DNA of 53,562 nt, the filler included, from Streblomastix strix (Eukaryota), in the NCBI GenBank assembly GCA_008636045.1. It is 3 parts of 3 records of this genome, joined end to end, with 100 filler letters (N's around TTAATTAATTAA, not from the genome) between each part and the next. Parts side by side here need not be neighbours in the genome. Positions count along the whole stretch, not along the records: positions 17,890 to 35,676 come from SNRW01000674.1; 2 more parts are not named here. One strand, 5' to 3'. Shown here piece after piece: positions 25,513-35,776 of the stretch; within the stretch, counting starts at the first letter, position 1, and each line of letters opens with the position of its first letter. The notes under the pieces are model-generated. The model saw nothing but the letters and a program-made list of their open reading frames with translations, had not been told where the DNA came from and did no database searches. A program made the translations under genes and the position numbers.

Positions 25513-27281
25513 TGAAATAGGCAATTTCCTGCTCAACGATTATTTTTGATTGTGAACCCATCCTTCTCCAATTGTTCAGTTAGTAGGATTAGATCAGTTG
25601 GTATGTTTGATTTTGCTTTCTCTCTATTATTCTTTTTATATGGCCTTTTATTAAAAGATTCAATGAATTCTTTTGACAAAAGCATTGATGGAAGTTTTGC
25701 TGATGGTGATTCATATTTTGTTGCAGTTATAGTGGCTTCCTTTGTAGATTTTGTTGCTAGATTTGTTGCAGATATCGTGGTATTTTCTCTTCTTCTTTAT
25801 ATTCTATTTCTTTAATTTTAATTAGTTTCCATTTCATTATCAGTTTATGAATCTCTTTTTCTTTTTGCTGCTGTTAAGATTGTTGCTGATATTGTTCCTA
25901 ATCCAGAACTTCTGCCATACTGGAAAACAGAATCATCATTATCTTATGTAACTTCGTTCCTATGAGATGCACGATCTGGAACTCTGGGCCAAACGCCAGT
26001 GCACTCAAAACTGGAAATTTTATTAGAAGAAGTAGAAGCCATTTAGTATGCATCAATTGCAGCTTATACACACACCAATCGTTTCTCAAACGCTTCTAGT
26101 GGAGGTATACGCGATCTTTTATTCATTTATTATTCATCAATCTTATTTTTATTCATTTATCTTGATTATCTTAGTAACTGCTTCTTATATTGACTCCTAA
26201 ATTACTTGAATACAATCGAATATAATGGTTGAAGAATATGCGTTAGGGCTCCAGGGAATATAATAGTAGTTACCCCTTCTTCTAATAGTAACTCTTATGC
26301 TGTTTAATCCAAACGAGACTTATGTCCATTGAGGAAAAGAAGTATGCGCTCATTTTTATAGAAATAATTACATCTTGTCTACTATCTAATCCATTCACAA
26401 AACATTCTTGTCCATCTTCTGAATAATTGCAGATTCATGAATCCACTGTCAGATACATCAAACTAACAATCCTCCGCAGCCGGTAATTGGAAAAGAGTCT
26501 CAGGAACCTTCTTCAGTAAACCTATAATGAATAGAGTTGGATGTTAATGTGAACCAGGGGAAATAGTTGGAACCTTAGATATATGACCTGCAATATTATC
26601 CGAAGATATACAAATTCATCTTCTTGTACCAACTTATTTTGCAATTCTTTACTGTATGTCCCAATTCACACTTGTCTCATTCATGTTAAAGACTGAACGA
26701 GCTCTAACTCCAGTGGAAATTGCTGGTTAATACACACAACGAAACCACTGATCAATATTTGAAGAGAAAGAAACTTCAAATCTTCTTATTTCTTAACATT
26801 GTTACAACGAAAATGTTATGTTATGATTATGAACAAAGTTGAATACATACCGGGATGAAGGGTCTGGAAGGCATGAACGGAATTCATTGACTAACGAAAA
26901 TAGACCTAATTTCTCAGCTCTTGAAGTAGCATTTCTTCTTTCATGTATATGTTAATTTATAATCTCTTAACGAACATCATCAACAGTTAGAGCCTCGCGA
27001 TTTTAAATTCTATGATGAATACTCTGCGCTAAAAGAAATTCTCTTTCCAGTGTAATGTACGACGGCATGCGCAAACTATCGTTCTTAAAACTTGTTTATC
27101 TACAATAGCAACGTGCAATTGTATAAGTTTATTGTGTTGTGATCCCAAATTCTCTTGACGCAAAGGTTGTTTGACCTGGATGAAGCAATAAATTAGCTAT
27201 TAGTAATTCCACATGCCCAAAGCCGTGCAGTCTTCTTTAATTACGTTGTTTTGAATTTTTCGATCGAAGTAACATAACCAT
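25513..27281 (-). pseudogene. pogo-like (DDE_1, DD35D spacing) transposase exon, ending in the OTU catalytic-Cys motif
   Basis: ATG at 27281; HTH-like ASREFGIT; FNMNET, SGFMN, LLFLNGHKSR, THILQPLY, SFECTGVWP; S/T/K-rich linker; then EQLEKDGFTIKNNR*AGNCLF in the same frame. Two TGA lesions seen. Confidence 0.88.
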
Positions 27282-28139
27282 TATTGGAATAAAAATTACT
27301 TGAATGATTTTTTTTAAAACCAATATCCAAAATTTACCATAATTATGCGATTTTTTATTAAATTATGCCTTTTTTGTCCACCTGTAGAATAGAAAAGAAA
27401 ATATAAAAAATTCAACCACAAAATCTGCAAGTTTGACTTCAATTTTGTCCATAAGCAAAATATTTTCTGGTTTGAGGTCAGAATGAATGATATCATTTAA
27501 ATGGAGTTGAAAAATAGCAAAGACTATTTCCTCAATTAATTATTGTGCTTTCTTTAATAAAATAATAAATAATATTAAAAATAATAATTAATATTTAATA
27601 AATTTTATTATTTATTGTTATTTTTTCTAATTCATACTTAAATGTTGATATCAAATCCTTTTTTCATGGCTTTTCACGTATCTGGAATACTACCTTTTTA
27701 TTGTGAGACTGTAACCGAAGGCAACGGGTCTAGTCAACGAAACCCAAAATATTCACGAAATGTTAAACATAACGTTAAATTATGAACAATTTAAAATTTA
27801 AATTTAAACGTAATAAACAAAAATTATTAATATCATTTTTTATCAAATTAATGTGTTTAAAATAGACTGGTTAAAAGATACTATTTGAATAAAAAGTTAG
27901 TAACTTAAATTTAAAATTGTTGAGCGACTATAGATGAGTTAATTAAAGGAGAAAGGTAATAAATAAAAATATAACAAATAAAAGTGAGGTGTTCTCTTTG
28001 TCAAACATTAAATGAAGTAAATTAAATTAACTAAATAAACTAAAATACTACAAATAAATAATACTCATACGGAGGGAATGAACTGAAGTCTTCTGCAAAT
28101 TGATAAATATATTGGAGGAAATTGAAGTTCATGGGAGGG

Positions 28140-28245
28140 AAAAAGGTAGTATTCCAGCTACGTGGATAGCTACGATAACGTCTCCATTTCATTACGAGAT
28201 TATCTAACATCCACTTAATCTGGACTACCTTTTTATTGTGAGACT
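28140..28245. repeat. ICR (circle-junction template) of DIRS element 2
   Basis: 28140-28175 is the reverse complement of the 3' terminus 27664-27699; ~28182-28245 is the reverse complement of ~33226-33290. Confidence 0.9.
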
Positions 28246-28251
28246 ATTATA

Positions 28252-29220
28252 TCATTCAAAGTTTGTTAATCTCTCTCTTGTTGTATCGTTTAAGTTCATA
28301 TCATAATGAACGGCCACAGTGCTAGGTCCATCTTTGTGTCTATATGCTCTGTTGATATCTTGGATTGTTGCTACATGATTGATACTTTTTGTGATCGAAG
28401 ACTTTCTGATTTACATAACTGAGTTTCTTTTATGGACTCCAGCTGCACTCATGACTAAATGAACAGCTTTTGATAAGTATTCGTAAGATGAAGCTTTCAT
28501 ATTCTTCGCTCTCCACCAGAGAGGTTTATCTAGATCATCTTTCTTTCTCTGCGCGATCCAGCTTTGATGCCATTCAGTTAGACATACTTTAGCATTGGAT
28601 AGTGGTCTGAAGGTGACTTTGAGATCATAATTATCTCCCTTCCAAATTGACATATTCAGTTACCAAACATTGTCATCTAAATGAACTACAGAAGCTCTAT
28701 GAATTTCTGCTAAGCGGACGGTAGAAATGGCCATAATTGAAGAAACTGTGCAACCAAGACGTTCTTACTCATTCAGTTTCTATTTATCCTAAGCTTTGCC
28801 CTGAATGTACTTCAACAAGACATCCAACTTAAATATTGGGTCATCTTTTCTCTTCTTTCTTGTTGTTGCAGTTGGTTTCTTCATTATTTATTTAAGTGCA
28901 AATCCATTTATCCTATCTTCCTAAAAGCCTTGATTTCTGAATAGCATACCCACTGCTGTTCTACATGCATTAGAGTTTGCGTTGGTAGCATTTACATAGA
29001 TTTATTATGCAATGAAATTAGAGATCACTGTTTCAGGGTCCTTAACTATTGTTAGATCTTCCCAGGTCTTTCCGGATTTAGTCCAGAACTCCTCAAATTC
29101 TCCTATTCTTTATCGATGTCTACTCCAGATGCTGTGCCATCCATCAATGACTTATTAAGTGGCATTCACAGAGAACTACCTCTTTGACAAGATTCATTTG
29201 AAGAGCTCCTCACCTCTATT
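28252..29220 (-). pseudogene. Tyrosine recombinase of DIRS element 2
   Basis: GEELFK*IL...STVRLAEIHRA...SIWKG...NSVMQIRKSS...YRHKDGPSTVAVHYDMNLN...LTNFE-TGA at 28252; overlaps the end of pol in another frame. Confidence 0.88.
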
Positions 29221-31130
29221 GCCTTTAGTCTAACTGCGAGTATTTCTCCTGGAGAAAGATGCTTTTTTGTTTTCCTCATTCGACCGCCCGTCTTCAGTAC
29301 GTCTACGCTTTTTCCCAGGTTGACATATCTTGATGCTAGCTTAGTCAGACTCGGCCACCAAGGTTGGGATTGCCAGTTGGGTACCACAATCATTGCTTGA
29401 ACGTTCTCTTCTCATGCTTTGTTAAGAGTTGCTTGGATCAGTGGAATCGGTGGATGGAGGTATGGTAGTTCTTCCTTCCATGGAAGTGACAGGCAATCTT
29501 GTCCCACTGCCCAACGGTCCTCTGTGATGCTTACGAATCATTTAAGCTTCCTATTCTGTCTATTAGCAAATATATATATAGATGGACGTGTCTTTGGAGC
29601 TCGCATTGCTTCCTCGAAGACTTCTTGGTATAATGAATAATCTCCGGATGTTGCTAATCTAGAAAATGAGTCCGGGATCTTGTTAGCTTCTCTTGGAATG
29701 TGGAACGCATGAAGTTGCAGGCTTAAAATTTCTGCTATTTCCAGAGTTCTGTCCACCAACTTTGCTAGAGCTATTGCGGCTGATTATCGATTGATGTTGA
29801 ATGCTGCTGATGTATTGTCTGTCTCTATTTTGAGTGATTTGATTTACCTTTCTTTCAAGAAGATCTCTGATCGGCGAAGCGCGCAAAGAATAGCTTCAGC
29901 TTCTCTCTGATTGTTGCTTGTTAAGTGCCAGGTTTGACTCCATTTGCCCCAATACCATACTTCTTGTGCTGGATTGAACAGTTTCAGCGTTGCACCCCAG
30001 TAGGTCTGACTCGCATCTGTGGCTAGGATCGCATGAGGTTGGACTATTGTTGCTTGAATTGGTTTGTTGCTTGCTATCACTGCCATCCACCAGAATATCT
30101 CTTTAAGGACTTGTTTGTTCAGAAAGATTAGTGCATTCCATCCCTTTTTAAGTGCTACTCTTGACTTAATCTTGTTAAGTTTCTTGAAACGAATGCCTCC
30201 CCTCCTAAATTGAAGCCTCAGGATGTTCAAAGACCCTATGAAACTTGCAATAAATCTAATTTTGACCATATATTAATTAATTACAATCCTTCTCCATCTT
30301 CTCAGCATCTATTTCATTTTCTTTTATCTGCTCTGCGTCATTGAAATCTGATCTTGATTTGAATTTATTTTCCAGCCAAGAAATTCTATCTACATCATTG
30401 GTGTCAGCACAGATTTGTTTATTGAGATCTTGAATCCAAAGTTTGTTAGGATGTTGATGATTAATTGTTTCTTGATGTTCAGTTCTTATTTATTCTGGTG
30501 TAAAATGATGATGTAGTCGCAATATGCGATTATTCTAACTTGGAGGGCTTCTAAGATGAGCTTAATAACTGGACGAAGAGTCTTATGAAAGATAAATGGG
30601 GCATGTTTGACCCCGAAACGCATAGCTTTGTACCGGTAAAACCTATTGTTGATGTTGAATCCGAGGAAAGGTCTAAATTCTTTATCCACTTGAATATGAT
30701 GAAAGGCGGACTCCAGATCGATCTTCACCATGAAATCCTTAATTTGTAGAAGAAATCAAAGGCACTATATGTCCTCCATTATAAAATGCGATGAGAGAAG
30801 ATGTTAATTAAGCAAGGAACAATCCGTTATCTTCTTCTATTTTCCTTTATCCTTCTTTGGAATTGCAAAGCAGGGATTAATCCATTTAAATTGATTGAAT
30901 GATACCTCCTTCATAGTCTCCTCTTGCAGCTCTTTCTGTATCAGTAATCCAAGAGCCATTTCGCTTTCTTTAGATCTCCTCTAATTTGGGACTGTCATAT
31001 TCAATTCCATTATTTATGGTGCTTGTTTATTGATCCAGTATGCTTTAATACCTCTTGTTATCAGAACATCTGCTTTGATAAGTTTCCATATATCTAGAAA
31101 ATGAATCAGTCTTCCACCAATTGGCCAATT
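29166..31130 (-). pseudogene. pol: RT + RNase H + methyltransferase-like domain of DIRS element 2
   Basis: IGGRLIHF, WINPCFAIPK, KIDLESAFHHI, FGVKHAP, YCDY (degenerate YCDD), LATDASQTYWGA, NQREAEA, IETDNT, IFANRQNRKL, LPYLHPPIPLI, VVPNWQSQPWW. Confidence 0.92.
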
Positions 31131-31139
31131 GATCTAAGC

Positions 31140-33174
31140 AGAATTGACTTGGCAAAGTAAGAATTTTATATCTGCTGGAAGTTCTGAGGTCTGATATTGC
31201 TGGTCTGAAAATAATTGTTAGGTGAAGTCTTGTTGATTACGAATATTAGGAATTGTGATACCGATTTGGGAAGCAGAAACTAGTCTAGTTGTATCTACTA
31301 AAAGTATTTGGTGGTTGAGATACTGTAAATCGATGTTAGACAAGTTTATCTATGGAGGATACATTGATTCTTGAATGAATTACTCCATTTTGCATTTGTT
31401 CTTTAGGTGATTCACTACATTATTATTCAACTTTATCTTATCTATTTAATTATTTGACAGGGTCTAAGGGAGAATCTCCTCAACGCACTGTTGTGATTTC
31501 ATGTTGCATGGAAAGGTCTAAGAAGTTACAATCCTGACGCACTACCTCTCTTTCTCCATATTTGTCAGGGTCAAAGGAGTTTCTCTCCCAACACACTGAC
31601 TTTGCAATATGTTATCTAGCTGCTATTTCAGGGTCAAAGGATTGGGAATCCCGACGCACTGCTAAGCCTACATGTTTGAATGATGTTATTGTATATTCTA
31701 TTGTAATGTTCGATTCATTTAGCACAACAGGGAAGCTGGAACTATTGAATTGAATTTGAACTCTTCTTGTTGTTTAGACAAATTTTGGTGTGAAGATTCT
31801 TTTAACAATGTTATGTTATTTAGGGAGAGTGGATTGTACAGTGGTGTGCGAAGTAGAGGATTAGTGTTGTGTGTGAAATGTTTGAGATTCAATTAATCAG
31901 GGAGAATATTTATCTTCAATCTGATCTTATCCAGAACTGAATTTGAATGTTTTTGCTTTGTACTCACGATTAAATCCTCCTCTTGGTTAGAATTTGAAGT
32001 TCCTCTTGTTTTACCGCTTCTTTCCTCTATTTTGACTACTGTATTTCCCAAACGTGCTCCCAAACTTTCTTCTTCCAATGTTAATTTGCTTTCCAGACTT
32101 CCTCTTGAATCTTTCCTTAGTATGCTATGATAGAACATCTTCTGTCCACTACCCCTGATACACACCGTCTAATCTTGATTCTCTTTTGATCTGGGCGTCT
32201 GCTACTGATATAAGTGACGCTTCGAATACCTTAAGCATCTTTTCCACTAGATTATCAGTTTCATTCCTTGCTGCGTCTTTGATCAGCATTGCCATTCCTT
32301 ATGTGGCAGCTGCAGATGATTCCAACGATCTTCTTGCGTACCCAGGACCTTCTTCTTTCAGAATAAGATCAACCTCAGGCATAGGGAAGATTATATTTGC
32401 AGCATTCCAGGATATATCTTCAAAAAGCTTCTGTCTTGCAACAGGTTCTAGTGTGTGATTCAACATATCGATTTTTGAAGCAGGTTTCTTTAGAATTCCT
32501 TCAAATTTCGTAACATGGTCTTGTGCTATCTTCTAATCTGCTAAAGAATTAAACTTAGAATACTACTATCTCTGCTACTGGAACTGGGCTTATAATGAAT
32601 TGGAGCTCTATCCATCTGCCAATTAGATTTCGTCGCGTTTTCGTTTCACTGGAATCATCTTTGGGGGTACGAATACATCAATGACTGGTTGCTTTTGACT
32701 TCTGAATGTGACGCCTTGCGATTGCGACTGAACTACATCCTGGAGACGGGAAGATTTAATTTATGCTTCATCCGCTAGTATACAAGCTGTCCAGATCTTC
32801 ATGTCCTCTGGAGACTCAAATTCCCAGAAACCGTAATGAAGTTCTTATTTTGTATTAGATTCAATTTTCCCGTTTTCTCTCACAATCGCCTTAATTTGAC
32901 CGCGAAAACGAATTGAAACTTCGCCATCTCTCTCGTTGACGAAAACCTCACAGACTTTTTATTCCATGTATTCATCCTCGAGTTGTGTGTAGTTGTCTGC
33001 ATCATCGTTCAAAATATCTTTGATGTTACTGTGTAAGTCAGAAAATTGAATTTTCGACGATTGCTTCTGTATTTGACTACTGGACGGGTGAATCTCTGGT
33101 ATTGTGTTAGATATGTCTTGACGAGGTGGATCCTTTTGAAATTACACTTCGTTTTATTTTGTAGAGTCGCTTAT
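31140..33174 (-). pseudogene. gag-like ORF1 of DIRS element 2
   Basis: Long Q/S/R-rich frame between the 5' ITR and pol, frameshifted near 32960. Identity is by position. Confidence 0.6.
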
Positions 33175-33314
33175 ACGTGAATACTTGCCTTTTTTCGGTT
33201 GACTGGTCCCATTGCCTTCGGTTACAGTCTCACAATAAAAAGGTAGTCCAGATTAAGTGGATGCTAGATAATCTCGTAATGAAATGGAGAGATTATCTCC
33301 ATTTCATCGATATA

Positions 33315-33350
33315 CAGGTGCGGGAAAAAGTGTCTGAACTCGACTTTTCT
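33315..33350. repeat. Orphan Tc1/mariner-like terminal repeat
   Basis: TA followed by CAGGTGCGGGAAAAA resembles the TA-CAGGTGGACAAAAA terminus of the pogo element, and kinase coding sequence stops exactly there. No partner seen. Confidence 0.45.
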
Positions 33351-33449
33351 GGACATAGGATAAGAATTGTATGTTATAATATATATAAATATTATACATA
33401 TAGTATAATGTATTTAATTTATTCAAATTATTATATCACACAATTTGTA

Positions 33450-35380
33450 TATTTCTGCCTTATCTTTGATGTTGGATCTAAAGAACTTGAAGATTAAGAT
33501 AATGAAGGAAGAGCAATAAAATGAGTAATTGGAATTGACGTTGGAGTTATTATTGGAATTTAAGGAGGGAGATGTGGATTTTTTGCTTAAGAACCTGATA
33601 ATAAGCCAGCAATTAATTATGAAAGTGTTGGTGGTTATTACTGCAGTTAAAATTGTCCATTTAATGAATACGGTGATTTTTTTTTATTTATCATTTTCTA
33701 TCTCTTTTCCTTTCGATGGTTCTTTTTATTACTGTTCCACTTATACTTACTCAAATGAATCTTTCTTATTTTCTAATTAAATTGTTGATATATTTATTAT
33801 AGACTTCTGCTTCACTGTTGATATATGTGGCTATGTTTAATATGGAGTATTACTATCACTAATTTATTCAGAAATTTTATTTTCATTTTCATCTCCTGTT
33901 TCGTTTTTATTATCCTCTTATTGAATTAAATCTTTCTTATTCTTAATATTATTACTATCAATTTAATGTAATTAACCTTTATATTCATCATCTTTTCTTT
34001 TTCATTTTTAGATTCTTATTCTGATATTAATCTTTATAATGTTGTACAAAGTGAGCTTATTTTTTCTATTTATTTATATGAAATTAGATTTAATCTTTAT
34101 TTAGATATTTCTAATGCAATTGCTTTTTTAGTTTCATCGCTACCATATTTAAATAGATTTATTAAGAATTGAAGATTATTTTCATATAATCTTTTTTTAT
34201 TTTTATCATTCAATATAGTATTTGTCTTATTGAGCAATTCATTCTTCAAAATTAGCTAATGATTTTCTTCACTATCTGCAAGATTTTATATAGCAGAGAA
34301 TGATTAATTTGAAATTGATTAATTTTCAATAAACATTAAATTATGAAGAAAGAAGATAAATTGTTACTCAATTTCATATGGGAGAGATGATGCTTTGAAT
34401 AAATAGCTTAATGAAAATCCTGATTAATTTCTGATTCCTATATCTTCATAATTATCTCTGTTAAATATTGTAATGAATTTTGCATTTATTTCATCTTTTT
34501 CAAATTAATCTCTAATAGGATTAGGAATTTTTTCATTAATAAAATTTTCAAATGCAAGAATATATTTATATATATAATTTTTAGCGCAATAATTAGAGTA
34601 TCTTTGTTGGTACAATCTATAATCTTCATTATAACATTATATATACCTTTATTAATCGTAATTTTCTGCTAATCATTATCAATATCATTTTTGAGAATAT
34701 TAAGAAGATGACTAATATGATAAGATTGTATTTCTGTTGGTCATAAGTTCAAGAGAAGTGAAATTTGAACATCGACAATTCCATTTTATTCAAGAGCAAA
34801 TGGAGTAGAACCTTAATTATTTATTAATAATATTGATGAAGTTTCACATCCAAATTTAATTATTCTCTTAATAAACAAATTTTCTTCTGTTTATCTCAAT
34901 TTCAATATTATTGTACTTATTAATTTAAATGCTCCTTCTTCTTTTATTAATTTCATTTTATTTTCCAAATTTAATTCTTTATATTTATATTTAATTTATT
35001 AAATTGTATTCTTATCACTTCTCAATTTAAGTTTATCTTTATTATTCAAATTATCTTCATATATTAAATCGAAAAGTTCATCAGCATATTAAGCATAAGG
35101 ATTAATTGATATGTCAGCTAAAGAACTTATATTTTCTATTTAAATTTATTTCAATATGTTTTCTTTTGATTCGATGCTTCCAAATTCAAATAAATTATAA
35201 ATAAGAAGAAGAATACTTTTATATAATTAATCTTTTAAATTGTTATGAAGTAAATTATCGAGGTCATTAAGGAATTATCCATGAACAAATAATTCATGAT
35301 TATCTTTATTTTCAGATAAATTTGCAAGAGAAATTAAGGAATTGACAGAAAGAAAGTGTGTTGAATCTTGAGTTTGATCT
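33450..35380 (-). CDS. Uncharacterised helical (ARM/HEAT-like) protein region with Q/S/P-rich tail
   Basis: Long frame open under TAA/TAG=Q where checked (SLISLANLSENKDNHELF..., SILLLIYNLFEFGS...). Boundaries uncertain. Confidence 0.5.
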
Positions 35381-35520
35381 TTGAATTTTTCTCTTATTAA
35401 TGTAACAAAAATAAAATAAATATAAAATAAAACCATATAAAAGATTATTCTGAAGAAAATATTAAATAAATAAAATGAAAAATCTAAAAAATTCAAATAT
35501 AAAAAATTGAAATATAATAA

Positions 35521-35660
35521 ATGTCAAATCCAACAAGGTAAGTCTATTAAGTTTTTGAATTATCTTCTTGTTTTGCGAATCCGAAGTCTGAAATCTTCAC
35601 ATGAACTCGTCCAGATCCAGGTGGACTGTGCAAGAGGATGTTATCTGGTTTGATGTCCCT
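35521..35660 (-). CDS. Protein kinase exon (subdomains VIb-VII), 5' part lost at contig end
   Basis: RDIKPDNILLHSPPGSGRVHVKISDFGFAK preceded by an AG acceptor. Confidence 0.85.
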
Positions 35661-35676
35661 ATTTAATATTATAAAT

Positions 35677-35776
35677 NNNNNNNNNNNNNNNNNNNNNNNN
35701 NNNNNNNNNNNNNNNNNNNNTTAATTAATTAANNNNNNNNNNNNNNNNNNNNNNNNNNNNNNNNNNNNNNNNNNNN
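35677..35776. other. Artificial contig-joining linker
   Basis: 44 N + TTAATTAATTAA + 44 N. Confidence 0.95.

Larger units (their letters stand above)
24290..27384 (-). mobile_element. pogo/Fot1-like Tc1/mariner DNA transposon (3.1 kb) encoding a transposase-OTU fusion
   Basis: ~55-bp TIRs (24290-24346 versus reverse complement of ~27329-27384, CAGGTGGACAAAAA...GCATAATTTAATAAAAAATCG.ATAATTATGGTAAATTTT), TA on both sides (24288-24289, 27385-27386); sits in a kinase intron. Confidence 0.92.
27664..33295 (-). mobile_element. Full-length DIRS-type tyrosine-recombinase retrotransposon (~5.6 kb), decayed
   Basis: ITRs 27690-27740 and ~33196-33247; ICR 28140-28245 complementary to both termini; gag/RT/RH/MT/YR order; removing it restores the kinase reading frame. 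Confidence 0.93.
23639..33314 (-). pseudogene. Intron-containing Ser/Thr protein kinase (NEK-like) split by nested transposons
   Basis: Exons in order: YIDEME (33314-33297) joined to KKGFDINIQ (~27663-27638); KAQQL...IIHSDLKPENILL...VKLAD (27551-~27425); RQLL...GGTL (~24250-24195); YFSPELL (~24135); ASDIWALGVILYQLL (~23990-23940); LILRMFEKDPS..ITAEQ to TGA at 23639. Confidence 0.8.

Noticed and set aside
27664..28245. Repeated CTACCTTTTTATTGTGAGACT as a CRISPR-like or LTR repeat
   Set aside because: Only 2-3 copies in mixed orientation, fully explained by the DIRS ITR/ICR structure.
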